DNA of 64,000 bases from Botryllus schlosseri (taxonomy: Eukaryota). The position numbers were made by a program, and so were the translations under genes. The stretch is from the NCBI GenBank assembly GCA_051294905.1, contig CM119371.1, positions 26,786,001 to 26,850,000 on the forward strand. Direction: 5' to 3'. The number at the start of each line of letters is the position of its first letter. Position 1 is the first letter of the stretch. Shown here one piece after another: positions 24,018-34,699 of this stretch. The notes beneath the pieces were generated by a model. It saw nothing but the letters and a program-made list of their open reading frames with translations. It searched no databases and was not told the origin of the DNA.

Positions 24018-25439
24018 ATTGACGATACATATATAGGCTACATGACAAAGCCAGGTCTATATAATTCAATTCGGAACCAGGCTGTAGCGAGGGGATCGGG
24101 AGATGATCAAGTCAGCTACAGCCTGAAAGGATGGTTGTAATATGAAACTTAAAACAAATTATAGCACGTTCACAAAGCAAAACAGAACATGTTCGCAATG
24201 TATCAAAACTGATGAAAACTAAGTTGGAACATTCACAGTAGGTAACCTAAAAAATGGTCAGGACAACACTTTGGCACTGGTTACGGGGGCACAAACTAGG
24301 CAAAGAGATAATGATTAACAAATTTATAAAGAATTTTCATACTTTCCTACAAGATGTTCGTGAAACATCTGTTGAAAGATATGGAGAGGTTTATCTTTAA
24401 TATGGGGCGGAATGGAGTTCCATATACGAAAAGTAGAAATTAGCCCTGTTATAAGTTTGCATCACTTATTTGAAATCGTCACGAGAACAGCACGAAATAG
24501 CACATTTGTTTCCGTGACTGAATATATTTATGAATATTTTCTACCTGTGCGTCACGAAGGGTCCTCATATTTAGAATTCCTCTTCTCTTATTTATGGTTG
24601 TATAGCTCAGATCCACGAGATTTTGATCAGCGATGTTAAGATAGCTCGAAAATACTGGTATTCCATAAAATTGTTGACGGATGAGAAACTGTTAAAGGTT
24701 CGTTTGCGAGTGTCAACATCGAAATAGTCATTATATCAAACCCGTTAATGAACAGAACTTTCGCGGAATCGATAATGACAGCCTGTGTTAATTACGGAGA
24801 TTGAGTTGTGCATCCGCATAGTGAGCTTTTGTACCATTAGTTGTGTAAGGAATGCGCTTTCAGGTAACATTTGTGACTAAATGTATATGATAGCTGAGAC
24901 GAATATTTCACGACCCCCACAACTGAATGAGACGCCCAGTAAATGTGAAAGATGAAGCATGGCAATCAAGACAATGATCCAGGATGAGTTTCTGAGCCAT
25001 CCCCCATCGGCGAAGGGAACCATGATTTGGCACGAATATTTAGGGCAGGGGCCTCCAACTATAATTTGCTCGCAGGCCAATTTCCTAGATTTCCATGAGT
25101 CGCGGGAAGCAGCATCAATAGGTGGGGTATCCAATGTCCTTCCAAGTTGGCAAATAGGCCTTATTTCACGAGAAATTGCAGAGCGGCATTCCTCATGTGA
25201 TGTCCTATGTAACAATTCACGCCCGGCATGAAAAATCACATTTTTAAATATTCGAATAAAATAGTAGTTGTACTTGTTTTCGCCGCACAAACTGCTATGG
25301 CGTGCCGCGTGTTCAAGACTCCTTATATAGAGTCAAAAAGGGAATATATCTCGAGAATAAAATCTACAGCGGCAGGATCGACGCCCAAACCTAACTGTTA
25401 TCAAGACGGCTGCCATCGGGTCCGGTCACAAAACGTGAG

Positions 25440-25512
25440 AGCCACCAGTGAGGATCGAACTCACGACCCCTGGTTTACAAGACCAGTGCTCTAACCACTG
25501 AGCTATGGCGGC
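25440..25512 (-). tRNA. tRNA-Thr(TGT)
   Basis: GCCGCCATAGCTCAGTGGTTAGAGCACTGGTCTTGTAAACCAGGGGTCGTGAGTTCGATCCTCACTGGTGGCT, with TTTT 6 nt downstream. Confidence 0.95.
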
Positions 25513-25648
25513 GGCGACGATACACCCTCAGAACAGCTTCGGGCGATTTTGCGATTAAGATCTTCTTATTCTAGCAAATTGGAATTTTGTTGGAAAATCA
25601 ATTGATTCACCTTTTCACTTCAGGTCATAGGCGGAACCCTGCGTTGAC

Positions 25649-25833
25649 CAATATCCCTCTAAGTTGCGCGCGTGGGCGGCCGCGAACTCCTGATAAAGTG
25701 ACTGCGTACAATCTAAGCCGAAGTGATAACCTTTTGATTAGTCATCACGTACTGTTGTCCAAGGGACAGCGCAGGGAGTTGGTGGTTGGTGAGTGAGTGC
25801 GCGCAGACCCATGAAAAATGAGAGGGAACATTG
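25649..25833. mobile_element. hAT MITE, same family as 30987-31180, opposite orientation
   Basis: CAATATCCCTCTAAG...GAGAGGGAACATTG termini; internal GTCCAAGGGAC is the reverse complement of a motif in the 30987 copy; TSD decayed. Confidence 0.78.
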
Positions 25834-27342
25834 GTTATGACATCAAGTTAAAGTTTTGAATTACACTGGTCAACACATAGTTTTAGGCAGACAAAGTAAG
25901 AGTGGTTTTTTGGGGTTCTGAAGGGCACTGATTCCGAATAAGACTTCAGTTTTTTTTAAATTGGCTCTTGTTTTTGAGATAACCCAGGGGCTATTTTGAC
26001 CAAAATCTCCCATTTTCGCTATAATGACTAGATGAAGAATTGGCTCACGCATACTATAAAGTTTAGAAATTCAATCTACTTGTTATTTTGTCACACTGAA
26101 GACTCTTCTAAATCAAAATCCAGCTACAGCACTATATTTAGGGGTAGGCTATTAGATTCATCATAGTTATAGACTTTCCCGGATATCATATGTACATAAA
26201 TAAACTCCAGTCATGTAAATAAGTATTTACCTAGATACTCTAATGATGTGACATTAATTCAATCAGATTCACGTCCACCACCTGTTGTAAAGTTGAGTTA
26301 ATCATTTGGAGTAGAATCTTATTCGTTTATTTTAAAACACAATTGTTTTTGTACAATTTTCGCCTGTAAGCAATTTTGTGCAGTTTCTCGATGGGTTCCA
26401 GCAATGGTCTGCCATAACATGTTCATCGCATATGCCCTAATATCTTTATTTTGTTGTTTTGATGTCTTGGTGGAACCTCTCCCCTTGCTAGTCAACAAGA
26501 TGACTTAACAGGAAGTGAACTTTTATGCTCATGTTTTTCCAAGTCATCCGTACGCAGATATGAATTTTAGGATCAACTGTTTGTAGTTGGGTTTTATTCA
26601 CTACATCTCAGGATAAATTCCATGCAGTGAACTTCTTTCTATATGAAATTGGAATATTTCATCCGTATTCGAATCTGAAATCTATCAAAGATACCAGATT
26701 TAGGCTTCTCGTTTGATAGGGATACTATACGTATACCCACTTTGCTCACTCAGCGGAAAATTGTCCGTTTACAAGTCAAAAGAAATGAGACGCATATGAG
26801 TATAGTAGCTAAGCTTCTCAAGGACAAATTTTATAGCTTTTTACTCCTCTTTAATCTTGGTAGAATGACCAATCAGGGATATCCCTGTGATCAATTGATA
26901 CAGGAGAATATGTATTTCCGTTGTGCAAAAGTACAATTTTCAGGCTTGACGAACTGCTTTTTTGACAAACAAATATTTCGCACAGAATGACTGAGAACGA
27001 TATGAGGGTTTTTCATTTTCAATTATTATCTCTGTGCAGTATAAAGTTAGAAAAAACTACGATTTTCTTCCTATCAAGTGAAATATTCCAGGGGATATAC
27101 AGTAATTTTGGGCTTTTTACGGGTATAAATATTTTCTGAGCATGGGCCAATCTGGGAAAACTATTGTGATATTCGTGATCAGCGACCTTGAAAACCCCAG
27201 AAACGGCTCTCAGATGTTCTGTCAAAAAATTTTGTTTTCATTCTGTTTCATTCATTACTGGTCGTGACTATGAAATCGCATGCCTACCAATGAGGATAAA
27301 GCTCACTGATCCTTGTTGCGGCTATGTTATGAGACAAAAAAC

Positions 27343-27430
27343 TATTACAGGCGAGGCTCGTTTCCTGCAACCCCCGCATGTCCCCGCATCCGTCGTATAA
27401 GTATGGCACGCTAACCGATTGCATGCATCG
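27343..27430 (-). pseudogene. tRNA-Ile(TAT) pseudogene
   Basis: CAGGCGAGGCTCG...TATAAGTATGGCACGCTAACCGATTGC, with the same ATGAGACAAAAA flank as the intact copies; acceptor stem broken. Confidence 0.8.
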
Positions 27431-28031
27431 CTCCAAACTTTATTGATTCCTGTCGATATAGTTAAATACATGCTTGTGTCGCGATTTTACATTCACTTGG
27501 GACTGTGCACCACAACGGATTTGCAAAATTGATATTTTTATTTCGGGATTTAAAACAACATGGTTTACGGTATAGTGATATAGTGATCCACTGAACTATT
27601 CATGTTAGAGTGATCTTAAAACATTTTTGAAAAGAATGCTGCGCCTTAAAACGAAAATGTATTACGTCAATTGACATGTATTTCTAATTTAAACTATCAT
27701 TTGCAATTAAATTCTAATTGGAACCTATGCAGGGTCCACGGAAAACCTACCTTCATCTAACCATAATATCATTCGAAAATAATAATTTGAGAATGCAGCT
27801 GGATTTTAGGTTTAATTTATGGAATGCGATTGGATGAAATTGGTGTGCATACACACTTACACAGTTCCATGTAAAAGGATGTTAGTTCATCACGGGCAGG
27901 CTCCGGGGGATATACAGTCAACGCGCGTAGACGGGATTGGTAATTTAGTTTATGGAACAATGCAATGTAATTACCGACAAACATTGACACTATAGATTGT
28001 CATTACCACCGTTGTTCTACGACAAGCTACA

Positions 28032-28107
28032 TGACATCAGAGAGGAGAATTGAACTCACGACCGCTGGTTTACAAGACCAGTGGTCTAACCACTGAACTA
28101 TAGGGGC
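28032..28107 (-). pseudogene. tRNA-Thr(TGT) pseudogene
   Basis: Anticodon arm intact (CTGGTCTTGTAAACCAG); D, T and acceptor arms mutated. Confidence 0.8.
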
Positions 28108-28484
28108 TCTGGCGCGCCAGTTGCGATGCAATAAATAGTTAGGCTGCAGGCGTCTTGACAATTTCACCCATAATAAAGCGATGCATATGCTTTGCAAATT
28201 CTAAAGTGAGTACGTGGTTTTGCATTAAAAATCCCACAACTTGAGTATCAGTAGAGAGGAATTAGGCAAAACCAACTTGAATACTCATACCTGGTAAGTG
28301 CTGTTTCGTTAGTGGTGGAAAGCGTTATTATCTAGATTCTAGAATAATGACTTAAAAAAACTGGTTGAATGTATGAGTTCAGCGTAAATTTAGAAACAAT
28401 TACAACATTTGCCTTTTACGAAATATTTTGTAACGCTGGAACCGTGCAGCGCAACAGATTAACGTATCGACCATTACAACATTG

Positions 28485-28559
28485 AGCCGCCAGCAACTAA
28501 TGAACCTATACGATTCCTGGTTCACAAGACCAGCGCTCTAATCACTGAGCTATGGCGGC
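28485..28559 (-). pseudogene. tRNA-Thr(TGT) pseudogene with a probable decayed Ser remnant just downstream (about 28433-28481)
   Basis: 5' half GCCGCCATAGCTCAGTGATTAGAGCGCTGGTCTTGTGAACCAG; T arm destroyed; adjacent CAACAGATT and TCGACCATTACAAC resemble Ser-gene sequence. Confidence 0.75.
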
Positions 28560-29627
28560 CGTGGAGCATCGTTAGGACATCTCGCTACAGAACTCGTAAC
28601 AATGAAGGTATGCACTCCTGTGCGTAGGCGTTGCTCGATTAACGCCCCCCAATTAAGCAAACCTGATTTTCGTTTGATCTGCAAGGATAGCTAAATGAAA
28701 ATAATTGCACTTGGTTGGTGCCACTGACAACGACCAAATATGAACTAAACTACAATTTATGATTTAATTTCTTTTGTACACGGAATTTACAGTTCAAACC
28801 ACACGCTTGGTTTGTTTGTTTGTTTTATTCAAGACATTGGCGCTTCTAGACTATGAGGTCATTTGCACCAGTACATTAAGTTCAGTTACATCAATCTGTG
28901 GTAATTCCTTTTTCGGTCGTATTACGTACGACTTCCATTCACGCGCTCTCCCACCATCAGTCTCTCTCGTTTATCGTGCGTCCGTAACTTGAGTCGTAGC
29001 TCCCGAATTTATAGTTCAAGCCACATTTTGGTAAGACATGCATGTAAATCCGCTTGGTCATGTATATTAAAAATGTGTACCATGCCCGATGTGACAAAGG
29101 CTGTGTCCAAGGCTGACCACAACAATACAAGTAGGCCTACTCGAATCCGAATCAAGTTCTGGCTTAAGTTCAGAACTCCACAAGCGTGTGATAAAATGAA
29201 AAGTACAATGAGCCTTGTCGAGTAATATGATAGATGATTTTCCGAGCATCGAAAGTAGCCGATACGATTGTTGCGGCTAGTTAAAAGATTTTTTCTCTGA
29301 TTTGACGACTGGAGATATCAGGGCATCCATGCTGCCAGGAAAATGCTACACACTATAAAGTAGTCAGCATTTCGAAACCAAGCCTAAATGTGATGAATAA
29401 CTGACATCACTTTTATTTTATTCGCATAAAAGATTCATGTAAGCACCTTACAGGTTATACATACGTTATGACTTACTGACGAATGACACTAGAACGCCAG
29501 AAGAAAAAAAGCCGATAAAAAATCGAACACGTCAGGTACACAATGATGCCCAGCCCTGGTTATGTCTAAGAAAAGACATAGCCACCAATGAGGGTAACAC
29601 TCACATTTCCCCATTACACATGCATAA

Positions 29628-30727
29628 CCCCGTTGGGATGACTCGAGTAAACTTTTTCGTAGCACATGACTTGACTTGAGTTACTTTGTAAAAATGACTT
29701 GACTTGACTCGTCGCTTTAGAAATGTGGATTGACGCGTGACTCGGAGCAAAGTTTACGAGTCAGTTTCAAGTCATCAATTGGCGTCGATTACATCACTGT
29801 GTCTTGTGTATGTTCGGATTGTGTTCGCGATACACCGGTAAAAATAGTGAGACCAACCAGTTATTTGCTGATGGTTACGTTAAAGTTATCCTCCATCCCA
29901 GCGTACGTTGTCGTAATAGTAGTACATTGTATCGTTGTTACTTAGGCGGCTCGGTGCCTACAGTGCTCACCTTCATCAATCCACCTGTATGATTTAAATC
30001 GCACGAATGGAGTTTACGCGTTTATATTCTCACGGATGTGTAGATGGGTAGCGTATTATACCATATCAATTTGTATCAACTTCTCGAGGCTTCGTATTCG
30101 ATCCTCTGCTTGGCTGATTGAATAACAATCGTAGAATGGAGCTATACACAGTTACTCTCGTAATTTATAATCAGTTCTAAGTTTTCAGCGCGATGCAATG
30201 CCTTATGCATATATGCTTACCTTTATATTCGTTATTTTATTCAAGATAAGTGCCAATTGATATGTCCTTGGCCCGGCAAGCTAACTGTAATGACTGCGAA
30301 TCATCACTCATACTTCGAAAATTCAATTTTACTTGACTCGAGTCATCTCCGAAAATGAACGAACTTACTTGACTCGATACAACTTCAAAAATAGATTGAC
30401 TTGACTTGACAGTCCATCCTCAAGATTACCGGACCACGACTGACCTATCGATCTCGCTTCCCATGACATGCCGCCCTATTTCTTGTCGCATTCTTTTTTC
30501 TATACTATCTTCTTTACTTTCATTCAGTGTGCATGCCTCCTCTTTACATCGCCTAGGCCAAGGTGGGTGTCAGATTCCATCGACTACTCCTTGTCGCTTC
30601 GACATCTTCCTGTCTTTTCATTGTATCGCATTTTTGTGGTGTATTGAACTGATAAAATTGCTAATAAACCAATGATGATGATGATGACTCGAGATGAATC
30701 GAAGGTAGTGAATTGATCCGAACACTG
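29628..30727. mobile_element. GACTCGAGTC-rich non-autonomous hAT copy, interrupted at about 30410-30685
   Basis: Termini CCCCGTTGGGATGACTCG / TTGATCCGAACACTG; reverse-homologous to 53478-54472; flanks ATGCATAA/ACACATAA. The inner insert ends AATAAA..(TGA)n like a LINE 3' end. Confidence 0.7.
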
Positions 30728-30751
30728 ACACATAATGAGACAACAAAAGCT

Positions 30752-30842
30752 TGCTCCAGGCGAGGCTCGAACTCGCAACCTCCGCATTAGCCCCGTATCT
30801 GACTTATAAGTACGGCGCGCTAACCGATTGCGCCACTGGAGC
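30752..30842 (-). tRNA. tRNA-Ile(TAT) with 17-nt intron
   Basis: GCTCCAGTGGCGCAATCGGTTAGCGCGCCGTACTTATA[AGTCAGATACGGGGCTA]ATGCGGAGGTTGCGAGTTCGAGCCTCGCCTGGAGCA, followed by TTTT. Confidence 0.94.
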
Positions 30843-30986
30843 GATGCGAGACAGTCGTATTTATTCAATATATTTAATATCCGCTAGTGTATAGTTGAAA
30901 ATAGAGTTGGGTAAGAATTGCACATCAAAGATGACTATCTAATTCGTATAATATATTTGTGGCGGAAACAGTGAGTTGGCCCCAGT

Positions 30987-31180
30987 CAATGTTCCCTCTA
31001 ATTTTTGACGAGTATGCGCGCAATCACTAACTCACTGCGCGGTCCCTTGGACAACAGTTCGTAGGTACTAAAAAAGAGGTTATAACTTCGGATTTTTTGT
31101 GCGCAACTTAGAGTTCCTGTGCGCAGAGACCGTGTCAGCATTGCGCAATTGCGTACGTGCGCAGCTTAGAGGGAACATTG
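30987..31180. mobile_element. hAT MITE
   Basis: 15-bp TIR CAATGTTCCCTCTAA; exact 8-bp TSD GCCCCAGT. Confidence 0.93.
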
Positions 31181-31605
31181 GCCCCAGTAGTTAACGGTAC
31201 AATAAATTACAAGTACAAGTCAGAAAAAGTGAAGATAGAAATTTCGACCTGTCGAAAGCCCTTCCTTTTGAAATGTCAATTATATCTCCAATAATTACAG
31301 TGATGGTTGTTTATCGGTGTTCCATCGAACACTAGGGATTTCCTGGAGGTCAAGACATGGCCAGTATTGATGGATGCGGATATCTTGTCCAGATCAGTAG
31401 TTGAATTGCGAGTGTTGTGGATTGTGGTGGTACGCCATGTGTTTGGCATAACCTACGCAGGAGAGGTCGCGATTCAAACCGAAGTTCAGTATTTCTAAAA
31501 CGCCAATGTATATAAGCTCATTTGTCACGCCTGCATTTCGAGATGAAAATTGACTTCACGCCTGCGTTTCGACCAAACAATACGATATCACCGAAAGGAA
31601 ACAGC

Positions 31606-33609
31606 CAGTGGCGGCTCGTCCTATAGGGCAACTGGGGCATTGCCCCACCTAAAATTCTGTTCAATAACAATTTAACCATTTATAGACGCACAGCGCTCAA
31701 TATATACCGAGATCACAGCAAAACCCGCGTTCTTCTTGTGCTTTCGCTTGCAAATGCCCATACATAGAGAAGTCTCTGCGAAAATCGAATTCTCTTCTGT
31801 GTTTTCGCTTTGTGAATGCCTAGCCGGGGCTTGCCCCGGTAGCGCTCATAACAAGCTTTCACTATCTATTCTCTCAAAGCCGCGCACAATTAAGAAACGG
31901 TGATATACTCTCTCCTATTCGTAAAATGGCCGAGCAACCGGGGCATATATGCCTGTCGCCCCTAAGGTGTGATGTAACAATCGTATCTATATCTGAACTC
32001 GGATACCGTGATATGCGTTGAGTCGACCTTTGCTGGTATAGGTCGATTTTGATGGTGTTTCACACCATGATAATTCTTGAAACTTGGTATGTCATGTCGT
32101 GATGGTGGTATTTAACACTGTCCTAAGTTTCAGGGTTTCTACTCAAAGTTTAGCGTAGTAATTCCGTTTCCAAAGTCGAGTGTGTGCTGATCCGTCATGT
32201 ATCGCAAACATATTTCACGCAAAGCCGGTATTGGTCTCCATTAATTTTAACGATGCTCCTTAGCTAGATCCGTCATGAGCTTTTACTTGGTATGTCTTGA
32301 TTTTAGTATCGAACGCTGTGCCAAGTCTCAAGGTTGGCACTCAATGATTAGGGCAGCAATTTCGTTATCAAGTTCGAGTATGGTAGAGATGTGCGCTGAT
32401 CTGACACTTAGCCTACCTAACGCATTGCGGATTTCACGCAAAAGCCGGTGTATCTGTGTTCCATACTGAGATAGGTGATGAGATGATGATATCATGAAAC
32501 AATTTACTAACATCCTCGGTTTGCATTCAAATATTTAGTTTTATTTCATATTCTCCAATGTCAATTTCACCGTGGAATGGTGGCCTTCGGGCCATTTGCT
32601 CACAATTACAACCCCTGTCAAGCGCGATAGCTGTTTCGTTTTCGATGGCGGCTAACAGCTTATCGCTTGATCAGCCTATTCCTCAGTAAATTTTACGCAA
32701 AATTCGGCGTTGATCAATTCGTATTAATTTTGACAGTGTACCATACCGAAAACGGTCATGAGGCTACTTCTCGATGATTTCATGTAACAGTGTACCAAGT
32801 TTTCGGCTTTCATCCACGTATTTATTCGGTAATATATTTTCCGAAGGCGATTTTGCAGCAGACATATAGACAGTAGACACTATAGACCGTAAGCCGTATG
32901 TGTCGTGTGACAATCTCCAGCCTCAAGGTCAAAATCTCCCAAGCTGTACCGGGACCGAATTTCCGAGGCTGCTATCCGTAGTTCTTCAGAATGATGTTTT
33001 GGATTCAACATGACATTTCCTTGTCCAATCTATGAGATAACAATTGCGTATGTGTCCGAACTCGTTGACCTTTCCAGTAAGGCATACGCAATCTCTCGAT
33101 TTATAGTCATTTCCATTTCTGCAGATAAGTAGTCAGGTCAAGTGCGAACATGAATCGTGTTGAATCTTTGCTCCGTACGCCGTTTAGCCAGCTGCCTTTA
33201 GAGCAAAAATTAGAGGTAAAGCGACTAGGTCCGTATCAGCCTAGAAATTGCCCATTGGTCCAATCGTACGCCGGAGGAAAACGCACTCGTGCCTTTTCTT
33301 CAGCGCATTTCGATAAAAATGAATGGCTTACTTATAGCGAGGATAAAAACGCCTTGTTTTGCTTTTACTGTCTTTTATTCGACAGTGCCGGTACCGGAAG
33401 CAGTGGCTCTTGTTGGAACAAAATTGGTTATCGCGATCTGAAGCATTTGTCAGAGCGTGTGAAAGCGCACCAAAAATCCCAAAATCATTGTTTACGGGAA
33501 ATTCATGTGACCATCATGAACGTTGAAAAACGCTACTGTGACGTCATATTGATAACAAGTCGCTTGTGGCCCTTGCCCCACCACCCGATATTGTCACGAG
33601 CCGCCACTG
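31606..33609 (+). mobile_element. Internally deleted hAT transposon (Tip100/ZMYM1-like)
   Basis: 14-bp TIR CAGTGGCGGCTCGT; exact 8-bp TSD GAAACAGC; the empty site is visible in the paralogous segment near 39185. Confidence 0.93.
33150..33495 (+). pseudogene. Truncated hAT transposase N-terminus (TTF-type zinc finger)
   Basis: GPYQP..RAF..WLTYS..NALFCFYCLLF..W..GY.DLKHL..H.KS.NH; the catalytic domain is absent and the ORF runs into the right end of the element. Confidence 0.85.
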
Positions 33610-33782
33610 GAAACAGCATACGGCTTGCAGATTACCGTAATCGTTTCGCGGGGTAGTAAATGTTATTAACCACTGGTATAAAGGTACGTAACCATAAATG
33701 CGTGATCCAAGAGTGGAGTCATGTAAATCGTGGTACAATCGCCGCGACAGTTACAATGACTGCAAATGCAAACAAATGCAAA

Positions 33783-33864
33783 CGTTGTCGGCAGGACTCG
33801 AACCTGCGCGGGCATAGCCCAACAGATTTCTAGTCTGTCGCCTTAACCACTCGGCCACGACAAC
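33783..33864 (-). tRNA. tRNA-Ser(AGA)
   Basis: 82 nt; anticodon arm ACAGA-CTAGAAA-TCTGT; long variable arm GGGC-TAT-GCCC; G discriminator. Confidence 0.96.
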
Positions 33865-33866
33865 TG

Positions 33867-33939
33867 AGCCACCAGCGAGAATCGAACTCACGACCCCTGG
33901 TTTACGAGACCAGTGCTCTTACCACTGAGCTATGGCGGC
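33867..33939 (-). tRNA. tRNA-Thr(CGT)
   Basis: 73 nt; anticodon arm CTGGT-CTCGTAA-ACCAG; ends 2 nt before the Ser gene. Confidence 0.93.
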
Positions 33940-34699
33940 CGGCGTGTTAGCCTCAACGGCACCGCCAAAAGTGTGTGTGGTATGTTGTACTCGTGTTTAA
34001 AATATGGCTGCGTTTCGCCATATTCGATATGTTCGACTACCAGCCAGTCTCAGCACAAAGCGTTCGTATCCTGATACAAAATACCATTTGTGACGTATGA
34101 ATTTATTTTACAATGCCACACAATTTGAAACTGTTCTAAGACCCTGGTCTACACGATTTTGCGCCAGCAATCCTTTGGTTCATTTTTTTCTAATTTGGAG
34201 GCGCTGAATACGAATATGGCGTTAGTTTTCTTCAATCTCGTCACTTTAGGGATATAATATGTACGTCAATTTTTACTATTTTACCGGGGTAGTCAAATAG
34301 ATTTATTCTGCTTTCAGTATTAATGAAGTTGATATGTTTTCAGACTACTACCACTTTTACCTGAGCAATATTTTGGATAAACTACTTACTTTTGCAATTT
34401 GGATTTTGAAAAGTAGAAAGTAGTTTAAGGAAAAGAATGCACCACTCTCATAGATTACATGATCATTGCGTCACACAGCCCCTAAAGCACGGTGACTGAA
34501 TATATATTTTCGAAGATTCTACCTACGGATAGTGTCATTATAGACATTTTGTGTTAGCCTGTAGCCACCTCCAACTAACTGTTGAAAGTTTGCGACCACC
34601 CTCTTCCCGATCAAATATACTTAGATATTTACTGACTTTTAGTAATCCGCAGACCTTTGATTTGGTCCGCCACCTGAGGTAGTTTTGACATGTTTTAGA

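Noticed and set aside
33865..33868. Genomically encoded CCA at the Thr 3' end
   Set aside because: After the T discriminator the spacer is CA, not CCA.
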